Positions 21,377-31,504 of a DNA stretch of 64,000 nucleotides are shown piece by piece. Origin of the DNA: Acidobacteriota bacterium (GTDB lineage Bacteria > Acidobacteriota > Polarisedimenticolia > SMYD01); the NCBI GenBank assembly GCA_046757405.1, contig JBHHYE010000016.1, positions 48 through 64,047 of the forward strand. Reading direction: 5' to 3'. The notes beneath the pieces were generated by a model that did no database searches, had not been told where the DNA came from, and worked only from the letters and a program-made list of their open reading frames with translations. The position numbers and the translations under genes were made by a program. The number at the start of each line of letters is the position of its first letter. Positions within the stretch are counted from its first letter, which is position 1.

Positions 21377-22095
21377 ATCGCATCCGGGCGATGGCCTTGC
21401 GTGAGTTGCGGTCCTATTTCAATTCGCCCATCGCGTACATTTTTCTCCTGGTCTTCGTCGGGGCCGCGCTGGTCACCTTCTTCAACATGAATGCCTTTTT
21501 TTCACAGGGACGGGCGGATCTGCGCGGCTTGTTCGAGTCGATTCCCCTCCTCATGGTGCTTCTGGTGCCGGCCCTGACCATGCGGCTGTGGGCCGAGGAA
21601 GAAAAGCAGGGCACCATGGAGGTTCTCCTTACCTTGCCGGTCCGCGATCTCGAGCTGGTGGCCGGAAAGTTCCTGGCCAGCTGGCTGCTCCTGGCCACCG
21701 GTCTGGGCCTCACCCTGGCGCTCCCCGTGACCATCAGTACACTGGGTGATCTGGACTGGGGGCCGGTGATCGGGGGATATATCGGCGCACTGCTGCTAGG
21801 GGCGGCCTACCTGGCTGTCGGGCAGTTCATCTCGGCCACCACGGAGAACCAGATCCTGGCGTTCATCCTTGCCCTGGTGGTCTGCCTGGGCCTGTACGGC
21901 ATGGGGACCGAGGTCTTTGCCGGCCTCTGGCCGGACCGTACCGCCGGCTTGCTGCGCGCCTTGGGGACCAGCAGCCGCTTCCGGAGCATCGCCCGCGGCG
22001 TCATCGATCTCCGCGACTTGCTCTACTACATCTCTCTCACCGGGTTCTTCCTTGCCGCCTCCGTGGGTGCCTTGCGCTCCCGCCGGTGGGCCTGA
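21373..22095 (+). CDS. ABC-2 permease (GldF-like)
   Basis: RELRSYFNSPIAY, TMRLWAEEEKQGTMEVLLT, RGVIDLRD. Confidence 0.9.
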   Translation: MNRIRAMALRELRSYFNSPIAYIFLLVFVGAALVTFFNMNAFFSQGRADLRGLFESIPLLMVLLVPALTMRLWAEEEKQGTMEVLLTLPVRDLELVAGKFLASWLLLATGLGLTLALPVTISTLGDLDWGPVIGGYIGALLLGAAYLAVGQFISATTENQILAFILALVVCLGLYGMGTEVFAGLWPDRTAGLLRALGTSSRFRSIARGVIDLRDLLYYISLTGFFLAASVGALRSRRWA

Positions 22096-22112
22096 GTTCA
22101 GGAGGGGTACAG

Positions 22113-24311
22113 ATGCTGGATCGAAAGAATTTGCGAGTCTCGTTGCTCGCGACCCTGGTTCTGGTGGCCCTGAACTTGGTGGCGCTCAATACGCTGATGG
22201 CGAGCTGGCCGTGGCTGCGGCTGGATCTCACCGAGGAGGGCGTCTACTCCATCACGCCGGCGACGCGCCGCCTGCTGGGGTCTCTGGATGAGAACGTCCT
22301 GGTCACCGGGTACTTCTCCAAGAGGACGCATCCCAAGCTGGCCCCCTTGGTGCCACAAATCGAGGATCTCCTGGATGAATACCGCGCCATCTCCAAGGGC
22401 CGGGTGCAGGTCGAGATCGTCGATCCGGGCCAGGACGCGGCGGCAGAGCAGGAGGCGACGGACCGTTTCGGCGTGGAGAGCACCCCGTTTCGCCTGGCGT
22501 CGAAGTACGAGAGCGGCATCGTCAACGCCTATTTTGCCCTGGTGGTGCGGTATGGAGACCAGTACGTTCGCTATGGGTTCGACGATCTCATCGAGGTCGA
22601 ACGGCTTCCCGACGGTGATGTGGATGTGCGCCTGCGGAACCTGGAATATGATCTGACCCGGGCGATCAAAAAAGTGGTCTACGGCTTTCGCAGCACGGCG
22701 GAGCTCTTCGGCCGCATGGAAAGCCCCGTCCGCTTCATATCGGTGATGACACCCGGCACCCTTCCAGATCTCTTGAAAGACATTCCGGAGGCGGTGCGCA
22801 GCGCCGCCGCGGAGCTCGAGAAAAAGGGCGGCGATCGATTCGAGTACGAAGAGATCGACCCGTCCACGGACGAGAGCAAGAAGGCGGCTGTGACCCAGCG
22901 GTTTGGCGTGCGTCCGATGTCCATGGGTCTCTTCAGCAACGCCAGCTTTTATCTTTACGGCTTCCTCGAGGTGGAAGGGCGGATGGAACAGATCGTCCTG
23001 GTGAAGGAGGGCGTCACCGCCGCCGCGGTGCGCGAGGATATCGAGAATGCCATGCGGCGCCAGGCGCCGGGATTTCTCAAGACCGTGGGCATCTCCGCCC
23101 CAGGGGCCAACCTGCCGCCGGAGGTCATGGCGCAGCTCCAGATGCAGGGCCGCATGCAGCAGCCGCCGCCCGAATTCGACCAGGTCAAGAAATACCTGGG
23201 TCAGGACTACAAGGTGACGGACACGGATCTGGACGCAAAGGATGGAATTCCCAGCAATGTGGACACTCTCCTGGTCCTCAAGCCGCGCAACCTGAGCGAG
23301 CGGGCGATCTATAACCTGGATCAGTACCTGATGCGAGGTGGACGGCTGATCATCTGTGCCGGCAAGTACGAGACCAGGTTCGGTCAGGGGGATCTCCGGG
23401 TCATGCCGGTGGATTCGGGCCTGGACGATTGGCTGAAGCATTTCGGGGTCCAGATCTCCAACACCCTGGTCCTGGATGATCGAAACCAGCCGCTGCCCAT
23501 TCCGGAGGTACGGCGTACCGTCCTGGGCAATATCCGTACCTGGGTCATGAAGCCCTATCCCTACCTGGTGGAGGTGCGAGAGGACGGCCTGGTGAACCGT
23601 GAAGTCGGGGCGCGCCTGGAGAGCGTGGGGATCTACTGGGGCAGCCCGATCACGCTCGACCAGGAGGCGACCAAGGGGATGAAAACCATCGAGCTGCTCC
23701 GCTCCTCGGATCGTTCCTGGACCAGCGACGACCTGGATCAGGTGCGGTATGCGGACTACAAGGTCCCCGAGCAAGGGACCGAATCACGGCTCCTGGCGGT
23801 GGCCCTCAGCGGGCGCTTCAAGAGCTACTTCGCGGACAAGGCACCACCCGGCGCAGAGGATTCCTCCGGAACGAGCTCCGGGGACGCCGCCGCCGGAGAA
23901 GAGGAGAAGCTGCCGTCCTGGACGGAAGTCCCTCTGAAGGAGTCGCCGGAGACACGCCTGGTGGTGGTGGGTGATGCTGCTTTCCTGAGTGATTTCGTGG
24001 CCTCGGCTCTGGGCCGGGCAACGGGTGGTTTTTTCACCCAGAACCTGGCCTTCGCACAGAATCTCATCGACTGGACCAACCTGGACAATGACATGATCAG
24101 CATCCGTGCCCGGGGAGGAGGGGCGCGCCGCATGGATCGCATCAGTCGGGGCACCGAGGTGGCCATCGAGGCGGTCAATTACATGATCCCGGCGCTGGTG
24201 CTGATCCTTCTGGCGAGCTACCGCCTGTGGCAGCGCCGCCATGCGGTGCCCGAGGTGGTGGCCGGCCTGTCCCGTCCCGGAACGACCCGGCACGCTTCAC
24301 AGGAGGTTTGA
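22113..24311 (+). CDS. GldG-like ABC transporter auxiliary component
   Basis: RLDLTEEGVYSI, LEYDLTRAI, DQYLMRGG, NLIDW; terminal TM helices. Confidence 0.88.
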   Translation: MLDRKNLRVSLLATLVLVALNLVALNTLMASWPWLRLDLTEEGVYSITPATRRLLGSLDENVLVTGYFSKRTHPKLAPLVPQIEDLLDEYRAISKGRVQVEIVDPGQDAAAEQEATDRFGVESTPFRLASKYESGIVNAYFALVVRYGDQYVRYGFDDLIEVERLPDGDVDVRLRNLEYDLTRAIKKVVYGFRSTAELFGRMESPVRFISVMTPGTLPDLLKDIPEAVRSAAAELEKKGGDRFEYEEIDPSTDESKKAAVTQRFGVRPMSMGLFSNASFYLYGFLEVEGRMEQIVLVKEGVTAAAVREDIENAMRRQAPGFLKTVGISAPGANLPPEVMAQLQMQGRMQQPPPEFDQVKKYLGQDYKVTDTDLDAKDGIPSNVDTLLVLKPRNLSERAIYNLDQYLMRGGRLIICAGKYETRFGQGDLRVMPVDSGLDDWLKHFGVQISNTLVLDDRNQPLPIPEVRRTVLGNIRTWVMKPYPYLVEVREDGLVNREVGARLESVGIYWGSPITLDQEATKGMKTIELLRSSDRSWTSDDLDQVRYADYKVPEQGTESRLLAVALSGRFKSYFADKAPPGAEDSSGTSSGDAAAGEEEKLPSWTEVPLKESPETRLVVVGDAAFLSDFVASALGRATGGFFTQNLAFAQNLIDWTNLDNDMISIRARGGGARRMDRISRGTEVAIEAVNYMIPALVLILLASYRLWQRRHAVPEVVAGLSRPGTTRHASQEV

Positions 24312-24314
24312 GAG

Positions 24315-25388
24315 ATGAACCGGACACACTGGGTGCTCACGGGAGTCCTTCTGGCCCAGGTGGCGCTCATCCTGGCCGTCAAGGCGCCCTTCTCCGCCTC
24401 GGCCTCGGGAGTGGCCCCGCACCTCTTCCTTCCCATGCTGGAATCCATGACGCCGGCGCGGCTCGAGATCGAGGACGGCGAGGGAAAAAGCGTCGATCTC
24501 CTCCACTCCTCCCAGGGATGGACGCTGGAGGAGAAGGATAACTATCCCGTGGACGACAGCAAGGTGACCAAGCTTTTGAACGACCTGAAGGCCTTGAAGG
24601 TCCGGCGTCCGGTGGTGACCAGCAGTCGCTACCATGAAGCCCTGAAGGTCACTGCGGATGCCCACGAGCGCCGTTTGAAGATGTGGGAGGAGGGGAGCGA
24701 TGACCCGAAGGTGGATCTCTTCCTGGGCACCTCGCCGAACTACCGCATCAGCCACGTACGGTTGGATGGAGACCAAGAGGTCTATGAGGCCATGGGAATC
24801 AGCACCTATGACCTTCGCCCGGATTCGTCCGCCTGGATCGAGAAAAAGTTCCTGGATATCCCCTTCGACAAGGTGATTGGAATCCGGGTCCAAAACGGAA
24901 AAGGCTCCTTCAGCCTGGAAAAGCAGAATGGAGCCTGGGCCATCACCGAGCCGGCCGACAGCAAGAAGAAGTCCCTGGATCAAGCAGAGGTTGATTCCTA
25001 TGTGCGCTCGCTGGCTTCTCTGTGGCTGGTGGACCCGGTCGGGCGGATCGACGAGGAGGCCCAGGGGCTGGCCCGGCCGGCGGCGAAGGTGGAGATCATC
25101 CAGGCGCCGGCTGTCAAGCCGAAAACCGGCCCGGAGGAGGGTCCCGGCCCCGACGCCTCACCCGATGCCGAGGCCTCTGGAACACAGACCCAGGCCAGCA
25201 CTCCCGAGCCGGCCGGCGAGCCGGTGGTCACCACGCTCCTGGTGGGCGGGGAGGCCGGAGCCGACAGCGGGCAGCGGTATGCGTCCCGTTCCGGATTCGA
25301 CTTTGCCGTCACGTTGAGCAAGTTCGATTCCGAGAAGGCGACTCAAAAAGCGCTGGCGGATCTTCTGGAGAAGACCAAGGAGTCCTAG
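24315..25388 (+). CDS. DUF4340-like protein
   Basis: N-terminal anchor, YPVD..KV..LL motif; usual fourth gene of Gld-like ABC operons. Confidence 0.75.
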   Translation: MNRTHWVLTGVLLAQVALILAVKAPFSASASGVAPHLFLPMLESMTPARLEIEDGEGKSVDLLHSSQGWTLEEKDNYPVDDSKVTKLLNDLKALKVRRPVVTSSRYHEALKVTADAHERRLKMWEEGSDDPKVDLFLGTSPNYRISHVRLDGDQEVYEAMGISTYDLRPDSSAWIEKKFLDIPFDKVIGIRVQNGKGSFSLEKQNGAWAITEPADSKKKSLDQAEVDSYVRSLASLWLVDPVGRIDEEAQGLARPAAKVEIIQAPAVKPKTGPEEGPGPDASPDAEASGTQTQASTPEPAGEPVVTTLLVGGEAGADSGQRYASRSGFDFAVTLSKFDSEKATQKALADLLEKTKES

Positions 25389-26524
25389 AGCGAAGAGCGG
25401 CGTGCCGTGAGGGCGGCGCGTTTCTTTTCGAGGGCATCCATCAGTTCGGTGAAAGGCTGGACGAACTTCTGGATACCCTCATCCACCAGTTCGCGGGTCA
25501 CCTGATCCAGGTTGATGCCGACTCCCTCCAGGCGCTTCTGGATCCGCCGGGCGCCGTCGGCCCCTTCCTCCAGGGTGGCGCCGACCCGGCCATGATCCCG
25601 GAAGGCGTCAATGGTCTGTCCGGGCATGGTGTTGATGGTCTGTCTGCCAATGAGCGGTTCCACGTACATGACGTCGGAATAGTCCGGGTTCTTGGTGGAG
25701 GTGCTGGCCCACAGGAGTTTCTGCACCCGCGCGCCGTTCTCTTCCAGGGACTGCCAGCGTGGCGAGGCGACCGTTTCGTTCCAGATCTGGTAGGCCAGCT
25801 GGGCGCTGGCGATGGCCGTCTTTCCCTTGAGGGCGGCTGCTTCCCGGGGATGGTCCCCCGATTCGATCATGGTATCCAGCGCTCGGTCCACCTTGACATC
25901 GATGCGGCTGAGAAAGAAGCTCGCCACCGAAGCCACTGTGTCGAGGGGTTTCCCGCGTTGCTGGCGGCTGTGCATGGCACGGATGAAGGCCTCGATGACC
26001 TGCTTGTACACTGACAGGGAGAACAGCAGCGTGATGTTGATATTCACTCCCTGGGCCAGACAGGTCTGGACGGCAGGAATTCCCTCGTCGGTGCCGGGGA
26101 TCTTGATGAAAATGTTGGGGCGATCCACCGCCTTCCACAAGCGGAGCGCATCGTCGACCGTCCCCTGAGTATCCCGGGCCAGATGCGGCGAGACTTCCAG
26201 GCTGACGAAGCCGTCCTCCCCTTGGCTCTTCTGGTAAACCGGATACAGGAGCTCGGCGGCGTCCTGCACGTCCTGGATGGCCAAGGCCTCGTAGATCTCC
26301 TCCGTGGAGCAGCCGGCATTCACCAGGGTTTCGATCTGGGCGTCATAGGCGTCGCTTCCGGTCATGGCGTTCTTGAAGATGGCTGGATTGGAAGTGACTC
26401 CGGTGATGCCGTCGTCCCGGATCAATCGCTGGAGCTCACCGCTGGTGATCAGGGGCCGGGCCAGATTATCCAGCCAGACCGATTGGCCATGTTCCTTGAG
26501 CTGGTGGAGCGGGTTCGCTGACAT
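25385..26524 (-). CDS. tal: Transaldolase
   Basis: GQSVWLD, GVTSNPAIF, IKIPGT, NINITLLFS, SVASFFLSRID, LWASTSTKNP. Confidence 0.95.
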   Translation of the reverse strand: MSANPLHQLKEHGQSVWLDNLARPLITSGELQRLIRDDGITGVTSNPAIFKNAMTGSDAYDAQIETLVNAGCSTEEIYEALAIQDVQDAAELLYPVYQKSQGEDGFVSLEVSPHLARDTQGTVDDALRLWKAVDRPNIFIKIPGTDEGIPAVQTCLAQGVNINITLLFSLSVYKQVIEAFIRAMHSRQQRGKPLDTVASVASFFLSRIDVKVDRALDTMIESGDHPREAAALKGKTAIASAQLAYQIWNETVASPRWQSLEENGARVQKLLWASTSTKNPDYSDVMYVEPLIGRQTINTMPGQTIDAFRDHGRVGATLEEGADGARRIQKRLEGVGINLDQVTRELVDEGIQKFVQPFTELMDALEKKRAALTARRSSL

Positions 26525-26685
26525 CGGCACACCTCGGAGTCTTGGGTCGTTATCCCACGGTCCGCCCCGGGGCGCGGACCAGCCTTCTAGAGTATAGGCG
26601 AGCCCCGAGCCGGGCGGGACCCGGAGGTCTGGTCCGGACGGATCCGCCACCGGGAGGAATGTGGGTGTTATGATTTTCTTCAGCC

Positions 26686-27723
26686 ATGGCACGCTCTTGT
26701 TTGCCCGTACCTCCCCATTTTCGGCCGGAAAGGGCCGGCGAGGTGTGGAGAGTCCCTTACCAGGAATTGGCCCGCCAGGCGGAGGACTGGTCCCGGCGGC
26801 ATCACCTGGAGCCCGCCGCCCGGGATTCGTTCCGGATGGCTCTTCTGGCGGTGGACCTGCAGAATACCTTCTGCTGTCCCGGTTTCGAGCTGTATGTGGC
26901 CGGTCGATCCGGCCAGGGTGCCGTGGACGACACCCGCCGGCTGTGCGGCTTCATATACCGCCACCTGGATGTCATCACCCGGATCTTCCCCACTTTGGAT
27001 ACGCATCAGGCACTCCATATCTTCCATACGATCTGCCTGGTGGACAAGGGGGGCCGCCACCCCGAGCCGTTGACCCGGATCGATGCGGAGGATGTGGAAA
27101 TGGGAAGATGGCGGCTCAACCCGGCTTTTCTCGACGTCCTGGGTCTCGACCGGGAAGGCGCGCGGAGGTACCTGCTCCACTACGTCCACCGTCTTGCGGA
27201 GTGCGGGAAACCCGCCCTCACCATCTGGCCCTACCATGCCATGCTGGGCGGGATCGGGCATGCCCTGGTGTCCAGTGTGGAGGAGGCCGTCTTTTTCCAC
27301 GGTGTGGCCCGCCGGAGCCCCCCCGAGTTCCAGATCAAAGGTCGGCATCCGCTGACGGAGCACTATTCGGTCTTCCGGCCGGATGTCATGGAGGATGCCG
27401 ACGGCCGCCCGCTGGCCGCCGCCAACACCGCCCTCCTCGACCAGCTCCTGGCCTTCGATGCCATCATCATCGCCGGCCAGGCCAAGAGCCATTGCGTGGC
27501 CTGGACCGTGGGGGACCTCCTGGAGGCTCTGGGGCCTTCCCGGCGGGAGCTGGCGGGAAAGGTGTATCTGCTGGAGGATGCCACCTCGCCCGTGGTGGTG
27601 CCGGGAGGCGTCGATACCACTGATGCGGCCGCGGCTGCCTTCAGCCGGTTCGCCGCTGCCGGAGTTCATGTGGTGCGCACCACCGATCGGCTGGAAGACT
27701 GGCCAGGCATGAGGATCCGCTGA
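26686..27723 (+). CDS. Isochorismatase/nicotinamidase-like cysteine hydrolase
   Basis: [36 protein letters not shown]. Confidence 0.85.
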   Translation: MARSCLPVPPHFRPERAGEVWRVPYQELARQAEDWSRRHHLEPAARDSFRMALLAVDLQNTFCCPGFELYVAGRSGQGAVDDTRRLCGFIYRHLDVITRIFPTLDTHQALHIFHTICLVDKGGRHPEPLTRIDAEDVEMGRWRLNPAFLDVLGLDREGARRYLLHYVHRLAECGKPALTIWPYHAMLGGIGHALVSSVEEAVFFHGVARRSPPEFQIKGRHPLTEHYSVFRPDVMEDADGRPLAAANTALLDQLLAFDAIIIAGQAKSHCVAWTVGDLLEALGPSRRELAGKVYLLEDATSPVVVPGGVDTTDAAAAAFSRFAAAGVHVVRTTDRLEDWPGMRIR

Positions 27724-27727
27724 CGGG

Positions 27728-28609
27728 TCAGAAGGTCTCGAAATGGAGGGTGCCGGAGCCGTCCGGGTGGGCGGCCCGGAAACCATGGCGTCTCTCCAGA
27801 ATCTCGATCACCCCGGACGGTGCCGGATAAGTCCGGCGTCCCGATTTTTCCACGGGCCGGCCCACCATGGCAGGGTGCCCGCAAACATAAACGTGACTCT
27901 GTTCCGGATGGAGAGCGAAGCCGATCTCCCTTTCCAGTTCGCCGCAGAGGAGGAGATCCTGGATATGGCGCCGGGGGCCGGGCGTGTCCCGCGTGGTGAT
28001 GGGAACATAGGTGTAGCGGGGGAAAAGCGTTGTGAGACGCTCGTGCACGTCCCGGTACCCCAGGTCCCGCCGCTGCCGGCAGCTGACGACGGACGCGATC
28101 CGTCCACGGTGGCCTGTCCTCAGGAGGTGGAGAATCATCCGGTTGTGCGGAGCTTCACCGGTGCCAGTTGCGAGAAAGAGCAGGTTCTCGTCCCCGGAGA
28201 GGCGGCCCAGCTCATACTCTCCGGCGGGGAGGGGATCGATCCAGAGCCGGTCACCCGGCTGCTTGCCAAACAGGCACCTGGTCAAGGGCGAGCGATCGAG
28301 CGAGAGGTACAGTTCGAGATCTCTCTCCGTTCCGGGGGCAAGCAGACGGCCGGTCTCGGGATCCAGGATGGGTGAGGACAGGGAAAAATGGGTGCGCGCC
28401 AGGCCGCCGGCTTCCGGGGCCAGGCCGCCGGCTTCCCATGCGCCCAGGCCCAGAGTGATGTACTGTCCTGGCCGTGCGTGGCTGAGAACATCATCGGGCC
28501 GGACGCGCAGGCGGAGCAACCCCGGGTGAATGGCCCGTTTCCAGACAAGAGTGGCGTTGTAGAGCTGGTAGTCCGGGCTCTGCATCCGTTCCCGGCTGGG
28601 TGATGACAT
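27728..28609 (-). CDS. Ferredoxin--NADP+ reductase family protein
   Basis: PGQYITLGL, LATGTGEAPH, YVCGHPAM, C-terminal HFETF. Confidence 0.85.
   Translation of the reverse strand: MSSPSRERMQSPDYQLYNATLVWKRAIHPGLLRLRVRPDDVLSHARPGQYITLGLGAWEAGGLAPEAGGLARTHFSLSSPILDPETGRLLAPGTERDLELYLSLDRSPLTRCLFGKQPGDRLWIDPLPAGEYELGRLSGDENLLFLATGTGEAPHNRMILHLLRTGHRGRIASVVSCRQRRDLGYRDVHERLTTLFPRYTYVPITTRDTPGPRRHIQDLLLCGELEREIGFALHPEQSHVYVCGHPAMVGRPVEKSGRRTYPAPSGVIEILERRHGFRAAHPDGSGTLHFETF
28398..28436. repeat. Tandem duplication (18-nt identical unit, 21-nt period) within the reductase gene
   Basis: GCCAGGCCGCCGGCTTCC at 28398 and 28419; encodes EAGGLAP-EAGGLAR. Confidence 0.85.
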
Positions 28610-28676
28610 TTCCTCGGTTCCCCCGTGGGGTGGCATTATACCGGGTGGCAGGTCCCGGTCCCGATGCCTCAGGCGG

Positions 28677-30413
28677 ATGAGAAGGGTCCGGGCCGTGCCG
28701 GCCTGGCATTCCACTGCCGCGTGGATGCTGGCGATATCCGGGTTCGTCCTCCCGGGTTGTGTCCGGGAGGGGCGGCCGGTGGCGCCGCGGGAGGTCGACG
28801 TGATTCTGAGGAACGGTTCTCTTTATGACGGCACCGGCCGGCCTCCGGTGCGCGGTGATGTCGCCATCCAGGGCGATGTCATCGCGGCGGTGGGCAGCCT
28901 GGGGAGCATGGAGGGACGGACGGAGATCGACGTCGGCGGATGGGCCGTGGCGCCCGGCTTCATCAACATGCTCAGCTGGGCGACCGAGAGTCTGTGGGAG
29001 GACGGCCGGTCGCTGAGCGACCTGGTCCAGGGGGTCACACTGGAGGTCTTCGGCGAGGGACGGTCCATGGCCCCCCTCAATGACGCGATGAAGCAGGAGA
29101 TGGTCCGCCACCAGGGCGACATCCGGTTTCCGGTGAACTGGACCACCCTGGGGGAGTACCTGGAAGGGCTGGTGGCCCGGGGTGTGTCCACCAACGTGGC
29201 GTCGTTCGTGGGGGCCACCACCGTGCGGATCCACGTCCTCGGCTACGCCGACCGCTCTCCGGACCCGGACGAGCTCCAGCAGATGCAGGAGCTGGTCCGC
29301 CAGGCCATGCGGGAAGGGGCGCTGGGAGTTGGTTCGTCCCTGATTTATGCCCCGGCCGCCTATGCAACCACCAGGGAGCTCACGGCGCTGGCCGCTGCGG
29401 CCGGGGAGTCCGGCGGCCTTTACATTTCGCACTTGCGCAGCGAGGGGAACCGACTGCTGGAGGCGGTTGACGAGCTGATTGCCATCGCCCGGGCGGCCGG
29501 GCTGCCTGCCGAGATCTATCACCTGAAGGTCGCCGGAAGCTCCAACTGGGCCAAGCTCGGGGCCGCCATCGAGCGTATCGAGGCCGCCCGGTCGCAGGGG
29601 TTGCGGATCACTGCGGACATGTACCCTTACACCGCCGGCGCCACGGGGCTGGATGCCATGATGCCTCCCTGGGTGCAGGAAGGGGGACAGGAAGCCTGGG
29701 AGCGGCGCCTCCAGGATGCAGGCGTGCGTCGGCGGCTACGCGCCGAGATGTCCGGCCCCTCGGAGGGCTGGGAGAATTTCTACCAGATGGCCGGCTCGGC
29801 GGACAAGATTCTTCTCACCGGGTTCAAGAACCCGGCTCTGAAACCACTGACCGGCCGGACCCTGGCACAGGTGGCGGCCGCGCGCGGCCGCCCTCCGGAG
29901 GAGACCGCCATGGATCTGGTCGTGGAGGATGGGAGCCGGGTCGAGGCGATCTATTTTCTCATGTCGGAGGAGAATATCCGGCGGCAGATGGCCCTTCCCT
30001 GGATGAGTTTTTGCTCCGACGCCGCCTCGCGCGCTCCGGAAGGCGTCTTCCTGCGATCCAGCGCGCACCCCCGGGCCTACGGCACGTTTGCCCGGCTCCT
30101 GGGGCATTACGTGCGCGAGGAGCGCATCCTCTCGCTTCAGGAGGCCATCCGGCGCTTGACCTCCCTGCCGGCGGATCACCTGGGTCTCACGCGTCGGGGC
30201 CGTTTGCAGGCCAATGCCTTCGCCGATCTGGTGGTCTTTGATCCAGCTACCATACAGGACCATGCAACCTATACCGATCCCCACCGCCTGGCCACCGGGG
30301 TGAAGCACGTCTTCGTCAACGGAGTGCAGGTTCTGAAGGACGGCCAGCCGACCGGCGCCCGGCCCGGAAGGGTGGTTCATGGGCCGGGCTGGCAAGGCCG
30401 GCCGCCTCAGTAG
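28677..30413 (+). CDS. N-acyl-D-amino-acid deacylase family amidohydrolase
   Basis: VAPGFINM, SHLRSEG, ADMYPY, HPRAYGTF, ADLVVFDP. Confidence 0.9.
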   Translation: MRRVRAVPAWHSTAAWMLAISGFVLPGCVREGRPVAPREVDVILRNGSLYDGTGRPPVRGDVAIQGDVIAAVGSLGSMEGRTEIDVGGWAVAPGFINMLSWATESLWEDGRSLSDLVQGVTLEVFGEGRSMAPLNDAMKQEMVRHQGDIRFPVNWTTLGEYLEGLVARGVSTNVASFVGATTVRIHVLGYADRSPDPDELQQMQELVRQAMREGALGVGSSLIYAPAAYATTRELTALAAAAGESGGLYISHLRSEGNRLLEAVDELIAIARAAGLPAEIYHLKVAGSSNWAKLGAAIERIEAARSQGLRITADMYPYTAGATGLDAMMPPWVQEGGQEAWERRLQDAGVRRRLRAEMSGPSEGWENFYQMAGSADKILLTGFKNPALKPLTGRTLAQVAAARGRPPEETAMDLVVEDGSRVEAIYFLMSEENIRRQMALPWMSFCSDAASRAPEGVFLRSSAHPRAYGTFARLLGHYVREERILSLQEAIRRLTSLPADHLGLTRRGRLQANAFADLVVFDPATIQDHATYTDPHRLATGVKHVFVNGVQVLKDGQPTGARPGRVVHGPGWQGRPPQ

Positions 30414-31417
30414 CGCTGGATCCGAGCCTCTCCCATGGAACTGGACAGCTCCAGGTGGATCATGGGATCCTCGCTGGTCTTTTCCCCTGGCGCCGGGGCC
30501 CGGTCCGCCGGCGCCGAGCCGGAGGCCACCCGGTCGACCCGGATCGACGCTGGGACCAGGAGGACCAGCTCTCCCATGGAATGCGTGACGCGGACCTGTG
30601 ATTCAAACCCCGCGGGCCACTCCCCGCCCAGGTTGACCCGGAAGCTGCCCATGCGGCTCGAAATATCCAGCTCCTGCGGATGAGCGTTGCCGACCTTCTC
30701 GACGCGACCCTCACCCATCTGGAAGAGGATCTCCATGCGGGGAAGATCGCCTCTCAGCGGCTCTCCGAACTCCAGCCGGTGCGATCCCTTGGACAGATCC
30801 ACCCTCAGGTCGGTCAGGGTCAGACCTCCCAGGTCAATCCGGGAGTCCCCGCCGCCCAGCCGGACGGCAAGGGCCGTGGGCGTCTGACGGGGCAGGACCA
30901 CCGTGATCTGATTGGGGTGCCCCTCGCTGATATGGGTGAGCCCGGCGATGAGGCGAACCAGGAAGCCCACTTTCGGCTGGAACCGGATGCTGACCCGGCG
31001 CCCGGACTCGGGATCCATCTCGGACTCTTCCACGAGCTCGTAATAGCTGGAGGCGTAGGTTCCCTTCACCTGGACCGGGCTGCCCGGTGGGCCCGGGCGG
31101 ATCTCGAAGTGGCCCTCGAACAGATCCACCGATACCTGGAGGGGAGCAAGAGCCGGCGGCGGGATGGCGGAGGCGCTCCGGTCCGCCGGGTACGGGCCCG
31201 ATTTGCTGGCCGCCATGCCTGAGGCTGGCTGGTGGGGGGGAGCCGGGGAGAGGGAGATGCTGTGCTGGACGGTGTCGGGCTCGGGTGCTCCCATGCTGCG
31301 GTAGGAGAGGCTGGCCCAGCCCAGAGCCGCGGCGAGACCGCCGACCACGAGAAGGACCAGGGCCAGACCGGCCACGCCGATGAGGAACAGATTCTTTTTC
31401 CAGCCGCGCCGGGACAA
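30407..31417 (-). CDS. Membrane-anchored hypothetical protein (adhesin/toast-rack-like beta repeats)
   Basis: N-terminal TM helix; repeated MGE/GDS-x-I-DL beta motifs. Confidence 0.6.
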   Translation of the reverse strand: MSRRGWKKNLFLIGVAGLALVLLVVGGLAAALGWASLSYRSMGAPEPDTVQHSISLSPAPPHQPASGMAASKSGPYPADRSASAIPPPALAPLQVSVDLFEGHFEIRPGPPGSPVQVKGTYASSYYELVEESEMDPESGRRVSIRFQPKVGFLVRLIAGLTHISEGHPNQITVVLPRQTPTALAVRLGGGDSRIDLGGLTLTDLRVDLSKGSHRLEFGEPLRGDLPRMEILFQMGEGRVEKVGNAHPQELDISSRMGSFRVNLGGEWPAGFESQVRVTHSMGELVLLVPASIRVDRVASGSAPADRAPAPGEKTSEDPMIHLELSSSMGEARIQRY

Positions 31418-31504
31418 TCACGGGCCTCCGAGGTGCGAATGCAGAGGATCTACGTCTCTCACCCCGGCCAGGTTCCGGGCGCGGCGAGGGAGCCAGGGGA
31501 GGGC

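Noticed and set aside
20435-25388. Gliding motility system
   Set aside because: GldA/F/G-like ABC plus DUF4340 operons are widespread in non-gliding bacteria; no other motility genes here
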